The position numbers and the translations under genes are program-made. From an uncultured Dehalococcoidales bacterium (GTDB taxonomy: Bacteria; Chloroflexota; Dehalococcoidia; Dehalococcoidales; UBA2162), in NCBI GenBank assembly GCA_964453525.1, contig CAYVOV010000002.1, positions 10,189 through 74,188 on the forward strand: a DNA stretch of 64,000 nt. Direction: 5' to 3'. Positions 8,872 to 18,413 of this stretch are shown here, one piece after another. Position 1 is the first letter of the stretch; every line of letters begins with the position of its first letter. The notes below the pieces were generated by a model. The model did not search any database, was not told the DNA's origin, and saw only the letters and a program-made list of their open reading frames with translations.

Positions 8872-9663
8872 CTACTGCGAGGGCGTTAGGCAGGCTGGCC
8901 TGAGCCCCCTATTGGCAATCTCAAGCAACCTCTGCTTTGCCTTTTCTGAAAGACCAAAATCATCCAGATTTTCCTTCAGCTCATCCACATTGCCATATGC
9001 CCCTGCATAACCATTCAGGCGGGTCACCGCTGTTGAGTTAATGAAGTCATCAAGGTCAGGGTATATGGAGAGAAGCTCTTTCGCTATATCAGATACACCG
9101 CGAAGGGCGTACTTCTGGTGATAGTCTTCAGCCAGATAGAATCCGGAGTACGGGACAATCTCCGTATAGATAGTCAATCCCGGCTTCAATTCCTGCTGCT
9201 CTTTTGCCTCAATAGCCAGTTTTTTCTGCTCTTCATTGTGATAGAAGATTACAGACTTGTACTGGGTTGAATATGGTGGAGATGTGGGACTGTGACTGTC
9301 CCAGAAAACATCGAGCAACTGTTCATAGGATACCTTCGATGGGTCATAGTCGATTTGTATCGTCTCGCTATGATTACCCAGGTCATAGTAGGTCGGATTC
9401 ATTTTGTCCCCGCCCGCGTAACCAACACGGGTGCGTACCACTCCATCAATACTCCCGAACCGGGAATCCGGTCCCCAGAATCAACCCAGGGCAAAGGTCG
9501 CCGTTTCAATCACCTCCGGCACCCCGGTATCTATCGGCGGTATTTTAGCTTCCGTAAGCACAGTATTTCCTCCTCTTACAATATCAGCGCCACCGCAGCC
9601 AACCAGCAGGGTCGGCGCCAGCAAAACAATAACGAGTAAAGACATCAACAACCCCATTTTCAC
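8872..9663 (-). CDS. msrA: Peptide methionine sulfoxide reductase MsrA, selenocysteine form, lipoprotein
   Basis: Two track ORFs (9481-9663 and 8872-9441) are in one frame, separated only by TGA at 9481-9483. The junction reads ATFALG-U-FWGPDSRF, so the TGA sits at the catalytic Cys of the GCFWG motif. The N-terminus has a signal peptide and lipobox (LVGCGG). A hairpin at 9457-9474 follows the TGA. Confidence 0.8.
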
Positions 9664-9962
9664 GCCCCCTCTACCACAAATTCACTTTTTCAACCCATAT
9701 AAGCATTATGTTAACAACATTTTATTCTGTAATATGCCCTGCCGTCTGTGACTTTAATCTCAAAAGGTTCCGCTTGCACCAGATTGGTGGTTTTTTACCT
9801 TACCCCCCGCCCCTCTTCAGCTTCATCAAGGATGGCGGGCGGAATAGATAAAATAAGAAGAGGGAGAGTACTTCATTCAACTGAAACCGAAAAGTATCTC
9901 TCAAAACTCGTCTTGACGAGTGGTGAATACTTATTTACCATAGCACTGAGAGCATTTTACCC

Positions 9963-10847
9963 ATGGAAAACATAACTTTAGACCCCCGGACACAGAAAAA
10001 GCTGCTGACAGCACAGAAGACTGAAATAACAGAGCATTTTATCTACGATAAGCTTTCGCGCTCAATTAAGGGTGCTAACAATGTAAAAATTATCAGAGAT
10101 ATCTCAAAAGACGAGCTCAAGCATCACAACTTATGTAATCAGTTCAGCTGCCAGGACGTAAAACCGAACAAGTTCAAGGTCTGGATATACTATTTAATCT
10201 CAAGAGTACTCGGGATAACCTTCGGGCTGAAGCTGATGGAGAACAGTGAGGAGAAAGCTCACCGGGTCTATAAGGAACTATCAGAGATGATTCCTGCGGC
10301 AGAAGCTTTTGCCCGGGATGAAGAGAGGCATAAAACTCAGCTTATTGACCTTATTGATGATGAAAGCCTGAACTATACCGGTGATATTGTCCGGGGGCTG
10401 AATGTAGCCCTTGTCGAGATTACGGGAGCTCTGGCAGGTCTCACTTTCGCCTTCGAGAACAGCAGCCTTATCGTTACTACGGGACTGATAATCGGGATTA
10501 TTATGACGCTTTCCGTAACAAGCACCGAGTACCTTGCTGCCAAATCAGGCTTCGGCATTAAGAGTCCACTGAAGTCAGTAGTCTATGCTGGACTCGCTAA
10601 TATTATTACGGTTGCTGTCCTGCTGCTTCCTTATTTGCTGATTACGAATATATTCATCTCCTTCGGAGTGATGATTGCCATTGCCATAACAATAATTTAC
10701 CTGTTCTCATTCTATATGTCAGTTATCAGGGACATTCGCACAAGGGTAATATTCCTGGAAATGGCAGCCATCAGTCTGGGAATAGCGGTGTTAGCCTTTG
10801 CCATCGGACACCTGGCAAAAGAGTTCCTTGATATCCATATCGTATGA
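9963..10847 (+). CDS. Ferritin-like/VIT1 (CCC1) family Fe/Mn transporter (MbfA-like)
   Basis: N-terminal rubrerythrin-like helices (EHFIYDKL, ELKHH, DEERH) are fused to a C-terminal multi-TM VIT1-like domain. Confidence 0.7.
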   Translation: MENITLDPRTQKKLLTAQKTEITEHFIYDKLSRSIKGANNVKIIRDISKDELKHHNLCNQFSCQDVKPNKFKVWIYYLISRVLGITFGLKLMENSEEKAHRVYKELSEMIPAAEAFARDEERHKTQLIDLIDDESLNYTGDIVRGLNVALVEITGALAGLTFAFENSSLIVTTGLIIGIIMTLSVTSTEYLAAKSGFGIKSPLKSVVYAGLANIITVAVLLLPYLLITNIFISFGVMIAIAITIIYLFSFYMSVIRDIRTRVIFLEMAAISLGIAVLAFAIGHLAKEFLDIHIV

Positions 10848-10921
10848 TTAGTGGAAATAATAAAAGGGGAGCCGAGTTTATTAATCCGCAGAACTTCCTC
10901 TTAACTGCGTCTGTAATAGGT

Positions 10922-11140
10922 CTAATCTGATTGAACAAGCTGGCTTAAAAGACACTCCACGATATCACCAGTATCCTCTAGTTTAACCTCGCAGACCTTC
11001 TCTTTTATCACCTGTCCCTTTATGGCTGAGCGTATTGACTTGGTTTCCAACAGTGTGCCTATTTTACCAGTGTATGTATTATCACTATGTTCAATTATTC
11101 TGACTTTATCGCCGATTTTAAAAATAACGGATTCTCTCAT
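10922..11140 (-). CDS. Small hypothetical protein (KOW/SH3-like pattern)
   Basis: 72-aa ORF with an IGDKVRI...GKIG pattern. No family recognised. Confidence 0.4.
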   Translation of the reverse strand: MRESVIFKIGDKVRIIEHSDNTYTGKIGTLLETKSIRSAIKGQVIKEKVCEVKLEDTGDIVECLLSQLVQSD

Positions 11141-11184
11141 GCGGCACTCCCCTTGAACTAAATGGAAAAGGTGGTTTTGATTCT

Positions 11185-11700
11185 TTATTGTTGACCACCC
11201 TCTTTTTCGCCATACGACTCAAGTTCTCGAACTCTTTTCTTTGCCATATCCCTCTGGGCTTTAATACTCGACCTCGCCACTACTAGAGGGTCCGCCAAGG
11301 GCTTATAGACTTGGTTATCCACTAAATGTCTGTGACTTTGAAATGCTTTTAACATTTCTACGTCTGTTTTATAGTCCGATAATTCAAGGAACTTCTTATA
11401 ATCTGCTAATGCTTCCTTCTTCTTGCCGTAATCATCATATAATGCCCCCCGAGAAAGATAGGCATCTGCATATTCAGGGTCAAGAGCTATTGCTATGGTT
11501 AAGTCAGTAACGGCATCCTCATAACGCTCTATCCCCTTCTCTTTATCATCGTAGTAAGTTTCACTTACTCTATCATAATGAGCCTTTGCAGAGTCGATTT
11601 TTAATGCTTTACGCCACTCTGCATTTTTCCTTTTATTGCTAACCACGATTACTACATATAAAATAATGAATACGGCGACTAAAATAATCCATGTCTCCAT
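11185..11700 (-). CDS. Membrane-anchored TPR-repeat protein
   Basis: N-terminal TM helix, then TPR-like repeats (AIALDPEYADAYLSRGALY, ALADYKKFLEL). Confidence 0.65.
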   Translation of the reverse strand: METWIILVAVFIILYVVIVVSNKRKNAEWRKALKIDSAKAHYDRVSETYYDDKEKGIERYEDAVTDLTIAIALDPEYADAYLSRGALYDDYGKKKEALADYKKFLELSDYKTDVEMLKAFQSHRHLVDNQVYKPLADPLVVARSSIKAQRDMAKKRVRELESYGEKEGGQQ

Positions 11701-11930
11701 GGCTACACCACCCGTTCAGTTAAGCAAAGTTCACCACAAGGCTGTTTGACATGTAGAGATTTTTGAATATAGTAGCACAACCAAATTTTTCAAGCTAACG
11801 GAGCCTTACAAAACTTCAAGCTATCCTGATGCTCGAAGTATTAAGGTCTTTGACGCTGAGTTGACAACAGGTCTGTTCTTTCTTACATTGGGTATTGTGA
11901 AGACTACTCTGAAAGTTGCTCCGAAAATAG

Positions 11931-12003
11931 ATTGTCCCCCGTTCGCCCTGAGCTTGTCGAAGGGCCGTTCATGGTTTCGACAGGCTCACCACGAACGGCT
12001 TTT
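11931..12003. repeat. REP-like palindromic intergenic element (SLSKG-type), copy 1
   Basis: Long imperfect hairpin CCGTTCGCCCTGAGCTTGTCGAAGGG...TTCGACAGGCTCACCACGAACGG. It shares the CTGAGCTTGTCGAAGGG core with 27298-27316. Confidence 0.6.
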
Positions 12004-12107
12004 TCATCCTTTGTGGTGGCAATTGAAAAGTGACATGAAATGTTCTGTATATTTACCCGTTTAGGGGGGCTTTTCAGCCTCCCTTAGTATTTATGAGCAT
12101 TCATCAT

Positions 12108-12569
12108 TTAGTCAGGTGTGTACTTGGGGCCGTTATAGATGTACTCTTTGCCGTCCATCTGCTTGGTGAACTGTGGCGCCAGCAGAATGGCATGAAATAG
12201 AATCGGTTCGTCTATTTTCCTGAAATTCAGCGGACAGTGCACCATTCCCTTCGGGATGAAAATGATGGTGGCTCTATCTATTAGATACTGCTCCTGCTCC
12301 TCTCCCAGCCAGAAGTCTATTTCCGCCTTGAAATCGAAGACATCGGGCAGTTTACCGCCGAGGAAACAGAGGTATTCGTCCACGTTATGAGTATGAGGTT
12401 CTTTTTCAAGGTGAATCGGCTGAGTAAACAGCTGCCACCCCATGTTCAAACCTGCCCCAGGAATCTGGAGTCCGCCCCTGAAGTACGCCTGAGGACTGGC
12501 AATTCCGGGAAAATTGGGCTCTTCCCTGAAATCTGTCAGCACGAATTTCTGATATTTCTTTTCTGCCAT
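12108..12569 (-). CDS. Cupin-like hypothetical protein, paralog A
   Basis: HTHNVDEYLCFLGG ... IPKGMVHCPLNFRKIDEPILF. It is paralogous to 34973-35410. Confidence 0.6.
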   Translation of the reverse strand: MAEKKYQKFVLTDFREEPNFPGIASPQAYFRGGLQIPGAGLNMGWQLFTQPIHLEKEPHTHNVDEYLCFLGGKLPDVFDFKAEIDFWLGEEQEQYLIDRATIIFIPKGMVHCPLNFRKIDEPILFHAILLAPQFTKQMDGKEYIYNGPKYTPD

Positions 12570-12659
12570 TTTCCGTTCTCTCCTTCTTAGAGACTGTTCT
12601 CAATGTCTATCTGCCATAAAAACAGATTAACAGGACAGTAACACAGATATACCGGGTAG

Positions 12660-13667
12660 TCAAACGCTATTCGCGTCGCCCTGCGGTTCCACTGCTTCAC
12701 CTGCCTCAACCGGATATTTTCTCACCCGCCGCCACAGCCAGAGGAGAAAGAGGAGTGCTGCTATCCCGACCACCGTCATTCCAGTGGTGTTATCAACCCG
12801 CGATGTATCAAACTCGTGTACCGGGGCGAGGACTATAAAAAGGCTCAGCGGTCCGGATACCAGCGCCAGGCGTTGTCTGTCCGTCCAGGCTGAGCCATTC
12901 CCCGACATCCGGAGCACCAGCCAGCCAATAATCCCTATCCAGCAGACAATAATCAGCATGGTAACAAGCGGATGGATTCCCGTGTTCGGAAGCGCCCAGA
13001 ATATTAAAAAGAATGCTAAGGTACCGAGGAATCCGGTAAGCCAGAACCGGAAAGACTTCCGCAAAGTGGTAGCCCTAGGTGAAAATATCCGGCGGGGCAA
13101 GCGCCAAGCAATAATTATCAGGACTGCAACTACCACTACCGCCAGCCAGTACTGGACCACGCCCGGCCGGTACGGAGTCAGGACGGCATAGCCGAAGATA
13201 ATATCGATTACAAAAAGGATAAGGAGAATTATGAATCCCTTTTTCCCGACCCACGACTGGTTACGTCGGTCTTTGAAAACCATCTCCGTAATCAGTATCG
13301 GGACGGCAATACTGATTACGGCGTGGTAAACAATCAGTTGAAGACTCCATACCCAGTTGACGCCCACCCAGCGCCCGTAAGAGCCGAGAATTCCAATGTC
13401 CACCCAGTTGGGGTCGAAGAAACTTTTTACCATCAGTCCTTCCTCGATAATGGCATAAGCCGCTCCCAGGACCAGCAGGCTAGCCCAGCCCTTTTGCCAG
13501 CGGATTACTGTTTCGCGGATTAGAATAGCCCCGCCGCCATAGAGGACAGTCAGGACAACTAACATTACCGGATTGAAGAATTCCGCGGGCGGGGCTGACG
13601 ATAATAATAGCTCCGCAATGAGCGGAGACAAAAAGAACAGTATAACTGCCGGCAATCTCTTTTTCAT
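12660..13667 (-). CDS. Polytopic membrane protein, unknown function
   Basis: 335 aa with about 9 hydrophobic helices. No family recognised. Confidence 0.6.
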   Translation of the reverse strand: MKKRLPAVILFFLSPLIAELLLSSAPPAEFFNPVMLVVLTVLYGGGAILIRETVIRWQKGWASLLVLGAAYAIIEEGLMVKSFFDPNWVDIGILGSYGRWVGVNWVWSLQLIVYHAVISIAVPILITEMVFKDRRNQSWVGKKGFIILLILFVIDIIFGYAVLTPYRPGVVQYWLAVVVVAVLIIIAWRLPRRIFSPRATTLRKSFRFWLTGFLGTLAFFLIFWALPNTGIHPLVTMLIIVCWIGIIGWLVLRMSGNGSAWTDRQRLALVSGPLSLFIVLAPVHEFDTSRVDNTTGMTVVGIAALLFLLWLWRRVRKYPVEAGEAVEPQGDANSV

Positions 13668-13680
13668 TAGCTATTCTCTA

Positions 13681-14877
13681 TCAAAGAGAGTTTACTGCTG
13701 CTTCTATTCTCTGAAGGGCTTCCTCAAGAATCGACCGGGGACAGGCGATATTCATCCTCTGGAATCCGCTGCCGCCGGCTCCGAAGAGAAAGCCGTCATC
13801 CAGGCCTACCCAGGCTTTCTCCCGCATAAAGTTCCGGAGCGCCATATCATCCATTCCCAGCTCACGGCAGTCGAGCCAGACCAGGTAAGTAGCCTGCGGC
13901 ATAATGACCTTTATTTTCCTTATCTTATTTTTAAAATAGTCCACCATAAAGTCCAGGTTTCCCTGAAGATAGTCGAGTAGTTGCTCAAGCCATTCGTCGC
14001 CGAAGCGGTATGCCGCCTCCATGGCGATAAAACCAAAGATGTTCTGATTGGTAGCTGTGCCAATCATGGCGGTACCGAACATGTTGCGGAGTTTCTCATT
14101 GGGGATAATTATTGAGGAAATTCCCAGACCGGCGAGATTGAAAGTCTTGCTGGGAGCCATACAGACGATACAGTTCTGCTCAAATTCTTCGGAAATAGTG
14201 GCAAAAGGCGTGTGTTCGTAGCCCTTAAAAAGGATTTCGCAGTGGATTTCATCGGAAATCACTATAGCCCCGTTGCCGATGATAATCTCTCCCATGCGGA
14301 CCAGCTCATCTTTGCTCCAGAGACGCCCCACCGGATTTTGAGGATTACAGAGGATAATTGCCTTAACACGGCCGGGGACGGAACGCATGCCGACTTTTGA
14401 GCCGAACTTCCTTTCCAGGTCTTCATAGTCCACTTCATAACGACCATCAACAAGCTTCAATTCATTATTGGCTATCTGGCACCCGTTTGAAGTGACTGCA
14501 GGGAAAAAGGGGTAATAGACAGGCTCCTGCAGAATAATTTCATCTCCGGGACGGGTGAAAGCCCGGACGGCATAATGGAGGGCCGGGATTACTCCGGGAG
14601 TAAAAACCACCCATTCCGGCCGGATTACCCAGTCAAACTTGCGCTTCATGCGGTCGACAACAACCTCGATCACGCTTTCACCCGGCTGCGTGTAGCCGAA
14701 AAATTCGTGTTCGGTACGGTTCCGTAATGCCTCGGTAATCGGCCGGGCAACCGGGAAATCCATATCGGCAACCCACATCGGTATTACATCATCGCTTCCG
14801 AATATTACTCTGGCACCGTCCCATTTGGAGCAGCTGGTATTACTTCTGTCACAAACAATATTAAAATCGTATTTCAC
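13681..14877 (-). CDS. PLP-dependent aminotransferase, MalY/PatB cystathionine beta-lyase type
   Basis: GTG start. The N-terminal DRSNTSCSKWDG pattern, NPQNPVGR and SKTFNLAGL (PLP Lys) are typical of PatB/MalY. Confidence 0.85.
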   Translation of the reverse strand: MKYDFNIVCDRSNTSCSKWDGARVIFGSDDVIPMWVADMDFPVARPITEALRNRTEHEFFGYTQPGESVIEVVVDRMKRKFDWVIRPEWVVFTPGVIPALHYAVRAFTRPGDEIILQEPVYYPFFPAVTSNGCQIANNELKLVDGRYEVDYEDLERKFGSKVGMRSVPGRVKAIILCNPQNPVGRLWSKDELVRMGEIIIGNGAIVISDEIHCEILFKGYEHTPFATISEEFEQNCIVCMAPSKTFNLAGLGISSIIIPNEKLRNMFGTAMIGTATNQNIFGFIAMEAAYRFGDEWLEQLLDYLQGNLDFMVDYFKNKIRKIKVIMPQATYLVWLDCRELGMDDMALRNFMREKAWVGLDDGFLFGAGGSGFQRMNIACPRSILEEALQRIEAAVNSL

Positions 14878-15097
14878 CTGTGCTTACCTCTGAATTAAAA
14901 GGACAGTAACATAGATGGCTGGATGCATCAATTATATAACTCTCTCTTAGAGACGTGCAAAAATCAAGAATGCCTTGAATAGTGCGGATAAACATATTTT
15001 TTTTAGTTATTGCCAATGCTGGAAATGTAGATTAAATTATATTTCCTGATAACTTCATAAATAAACATTCGTTATATAATATATATAATATAAGAGT

Positions 15098-15856
15098 ATG
15101 AAAAGTTATTCATTTATAATTGTTATTCTCATAACCGTGGTTTTTATCGGTGGCTGTACTGAGCGTCAGGAGATGACCATAGATACAGCTAATGTAACTA
15201 TTCAGGATACGAATCTGGAGGAAAAACCACTGCAGGCATCGGATAATAAAACTAAAGTGAAATGGTACAATACGTTTCCCAACAGGGCAAGCAGAGTAAA
15301 AGTAATTGGTAGAATTGAGGCTGACATATCCAGTTTCACAGATCAATTTGATTTTCCTAAACCGGGTGGTCCAGTTGTTAGATTCTATGTTCCTGGAGAG
15401 AATATTTCATTTTTCGAATATGGTTATGGGGAGCCAAAGGATTGTGAAAACGGATGTGTTTTTAGTAACGCATACGGTATAAACAATAATGGTAAAATCG
15501 CGTGGATAAAGTTTAACGATCGTGATGGTTTTGATTACAGTAATATTGAGATGTACGACTACGATGACTCTGATGAATATTTATATACAGCAGAATTATT
15601 CATTGAACTGCAGTCCGAAGATGACTGGATATTCCGGGCTGCTTTCTTACCTTCAGTAGCAAAGGACCCTGATACACCCACAGACACTTTGCTAAGAATT
15701 GCAGAAAACTATTTACGTTCCGGTGTCAAAAGCTTATTAGAAAATCCAAGCGTTCAACAAAACAAAGAAATATTAACGATAATAGCTAGATTTGCTGGGG
15801 TTATACGGTACGAGTACAAGGTCAGAGCCAAGAATCTACTTAAAGAACTTGAATAA
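15098..15856 (+). CDS. Hypothetical lipoprotein in an AT-rich islet
   Basis: Signal peptide with lipobox (FIGGC). The gene and its flanks are visibly AT-rich compared with neighbours. Confidence 0.55.
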   Translation: MKSYSFIIVILITVVFIGGCTERQEMTIDTANVTIQDTNLEEKPLQASDNKTKVKWYNTFPNRASRVKVIGRIEADISSFTDQFDFPKPGGPVVRFYVPGENISFFEYGYGEPKDCENGCVFSNAYGINNNGKIAWIKFNDRDGFDYSNIEMYDYDDSDEYLYTAELFIELQSEDDWIFRAAFLPSVAKDPDTPTDTLLRIAENYLRSGVKSLLENPSVQQNKEILTIIARFAGVIRYEYKVRAKNLLKELE

Positions 15857-15945
15857 GACCAAATTCTATTGAGATATTTACATCAATGCATATAAAAACC
15901 GGCTAGCTAAGATATTTCCGAGCTTCACTAAGATTATCGCTATAG

Positions 15946-16521
15946 TTACATCATCCCCGGTTTCTGGTTCAGATGCGCCCGCCTGACAACCTCCCCGATT
16001 CTTCTTTTCCTCGTCGGTTCTGTTTTGGCATCGTTTATCCAGCCGATGTAGTTGTTCCTATAGCTGTTGGCGAACTGCAGGAAGTTCTCGAAGGCAACAG
16101 GGTCTTCCTCAAGGGCAGCCAGCAGGTCTTCCGGCATCTCCTCCTGACTCCGGCTGGTATAGGCGCTATCCCAGTTACCATTTTTCTTTGCCACCTCAAT
16201 CGCTGCCAGCCCGGCTTCCGTCATTCTGTCCGCCAGTATTAACTCTTCAGCCTTATCTTTATTCCTCTTTGACCAGAGGCTCTTTGCTTTACGCGGCGAG
16301 TACCTGATAACATACTTTTCTCCATCAACACTGCGCATCCTGCCGTCAATCCAGCCGAAACACAGCGCTTCTTCAAGGGCCTCGTCATAGCTGAGACTGA
16401 CTCTACCACTGTTCCTCTTGTAGAAAATAAGCCAGGCGGCGTCCGCAGTATCATGGTTTTTCTCCAGCCATTCACGCCATTCATTACCGTCAGTAAAGTA
16501 AATCGCTTTATAAGGTTCCAC
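15946..16521 (-). CDS. YdeI/OmpD-associated family protein
   Basis: WREWLEKNH...LSYDEALEEALCFGWIDG...RKAKSLWSKRN pattern. Confidence 0.7.
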   Translation of the reverse strand: MEPYKAIYFTDGNEWREWLEKNHDTADAAWLIFYKRNSGRVSLSYDEALEEALCFGWIDGRMRSVDGEKYVIRYSPRKAKSLWSKRNKDKAEELILADRMTEAGLAAIEVAKKNGNWDSAYTSRSQEEMPEDLLAALEEDPVAFENFLQFANSYRNNYIGWINDAKTEPTRKRRIGEVVRRAHLNQKPGMM

Positions 16522-16610
16522 AGCTAGATATTACTCCATGTCCCTTACAGTACTCAACTTTCATTTTCCTGCAAATAACCATTATACTGGTGGCAAGAAT
16601 GGATGGATAG

Positions 16611-17195
16611 ATGTCAGAACGTTATCTAATTGTAGTATCAGGCGCTCCGGGCAGCGGAAAAACGGCGCTGGCAAGGCGAATCTCCGAATATTTCCACATG
16701 CCTGTCCTCAATAAGGACACCATCAAGGAAACCCTGTTCGATTCACTTGGTTGGAAAAACCGTGAGCAGTCGATAAGTCTGGGAACAGCCAGCATCGAGC
16801 TGATGTTCCTCATCGCCGGGCAGATACTGGGAGCAGGGTATCCATTGATACTGGAGAATAACTTTCACCGCGACTATGACCCGCGCCGGTTCGCTGAACT
16901 GCAAAGAAAGTATGCGGTAAAGATAATACAGATTCACTGTGCTGCCGAACCAGATGAAATTCTGAGGAGATATCGTGAGCGTGTTGAATCGGGAAACAGA
17001 CACCCCGGGCATCTCGACCATACCCGCTATGATGATATCGCAGCCGGGCTGGCACAGGGTATCTGGGATACAACCAATAATATAGACGGCAAGCTGCTTG
17101 CAGTTGATACCACTGAATTTGATAGTATCGACTACGACGCCATATTCCGGTTAATCACGGAAGAAGGTCTGCAGCCGGCAGACAGCCAGGAATAA
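16611..17195 (+). CDS. P-loop kinase/ATPase (AAA_33-like)
   Basis: Walker A motif GAPGSGKT at the N-terminus. Confidence 0.65.
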   Translation: MSERYLIVVSGAPGSGKTALARRISEYFHMPVLNKDTIKETLFDSLGWKNREQSISLGTASIELMFLIAGQILGAGYPLILENNFHRDYDPRRFAELQRKYAVKIIQIHCAAEPDEILRRYRERVESGNRHPGHLDHTRYDDIAAGLAQGIWDTTNNIDGKLLAVDTTEFDSIDYDAIFRLITEEGLQPADSQE

Positions 17196-17201
17196 TAGAT
17201 G

Positions 17202-17534
17202 CTAGCGCCGTTTCTTTCCTTTTGCCACCCGTACCGCCCGGGCTATAGCCATAGATATGCCAGCCCACTCATAGAGCTTTTCGTCGTCTTCAAGCACCTC
17301 ATCCGGTACCGCCCAGTATGATATCCCGTGAGGGAATATACTGCTTCCGGCTTCCTCATACATTTCCCGGTTCGTGTCATTCACCTTGAAGTAAAGAACG
17401 TCATCCGAGATTAAGGCAAACATCAAACCTTCGTTAAAAATGCCGTATCCGCCGAACATCGCCCGACTCTTCACTTCACCGGCCGGAGCCAGTTTATCCA
17501 TGATAAAATTCAGATATTCGCGACTGACACCCAT
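17202..17534 (-). CDS. TfoX/Sxy N-terminal domain protein
   Basis: The RAMFGGYGIF...LYFKVND pattern is typical of the TfoX N-domain. Confidence 0.7.
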   Translation of the reverse strand: MGVSREYLNFIMDKLAPAGEVKSRAMFGGYGIFNEGLMFALISDDVLYFKVNDTNREMYEEAGSSIFPHGISYWAVPDEVLEDDEKLYEWAGISMAIARAVRVAKGKKRR

Positions 17535-17600
17535 CCAGTTACTCCTTTGACAAGAGAAACTACATTTAGCAAAGGTACTATTCTGTTTTGTTTGGTAATG

Positions 17601-18152
17601 TCATTGCAGGGAGTCCGCCATCTGCCTGCCGAGCCGTTTTGCCGCTTCTACAAGGCTGGGGTTTGTCTTTACCTCTCCGGGTTCGCTGGCATAACCGGAA
17701 ACAATGAACTTGCCGCCCTCTTTAATATCAAAGCTCCAGTCAACAAACTGATTCAGGGTATGCAGGGTATCCTCGATTGCCTCCATTTCAGCCACCACTA
17801 TCATACCTACCACACTTGCTTTATAGGGGAGGTCATGTTTATAAGGGAAGTAATTTCTATCGATGAAGGCTTTCATTTGGGACGTAACGTTATACCAGTA
17901 GACCGGCGTGGCAAGGATAACTCCATCGGCATTCCGGAAATCCTCAATTATCCAGTTGGCATCGTCCTTCTGGGTACAGGACTCAAAGGTGGAGCAGTTA
18001 TAATGTCCCAGGCACGGACCGACATTGTACTGACTCAGTACTATTTTTTCAGTCTGCACTCCGTGCTTCTCTGCTTCTTCAAGCGCCATGTCAACAAGAT
18101 AGCTGGTGTTTCCTTTTATCCTCGGGCTGCCGACTATTGCTACAATCTTCAA
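17601..18152 (-). CDS. Flavodoxin-fold NAD(P)H-dependent FMN reductase/iron-sulfur-flavoprotein-like
   Basis: MKIVAIVGSPRIKGNTSYL N-terminus. It lies immediately downstream of the Bam-like cluster on the same strand. Confidence 0.7.
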   Translation of the reverse strand: MKIVAIVGSPRIKGNTSYLVDMALEEAEKHGVQTEKIVLSQYNVGPCLGHYNCSTFESCTQKDDANWIIEDFRNADGVILATPVYWYNVTSQMKAFIDRNYFPYKHDLPYKASVVGMIVVAEMEAIEDTLHTLNQFVDWSFDIKEGGKFIVSGYASEPGEVKTNPSLVEAAKRLGRQMADSLQ

Positions 18153-18413
18153 CCTTCTTCACCCCTGTGCACTGTTGGCGAAATTCCCTGCATCTGCCAG
18201 TGTTCCGGGTCCATGCCGCGGATGAAGTGGCAGGAAAAAGCCTTTCGCAAAGTGCCTGCTCCCGGCTTGAACAGGGAGAGATTGAGAGGGATTTATTATA
18301 AAATCCCTGTTCAATTCCAATGAGTTACATCTGAGAAAGCCACACTTTTTCAGTTTACAGCAGACCGGCTGCCATAAGACCGTCAAGAATCCCGGTAAAT
18401 TCACTTTCTTTCT

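Noticed and set aside
17547-18323. 258-aa plus-strand ORF
   Set aside because: It is antisense to the flavodoxin-fold gene, which has a clear MKIVAIVGSPR signature. It is a shadow ORF.
18159-18404. 81-aa ORF in the gap between the BamF-like and flavoprotein genes
   Set aside because: It has no RBS or motifs, and the region is better read as a 262-nt intergenic spacer containing a small hairpin (about 18286-18308).
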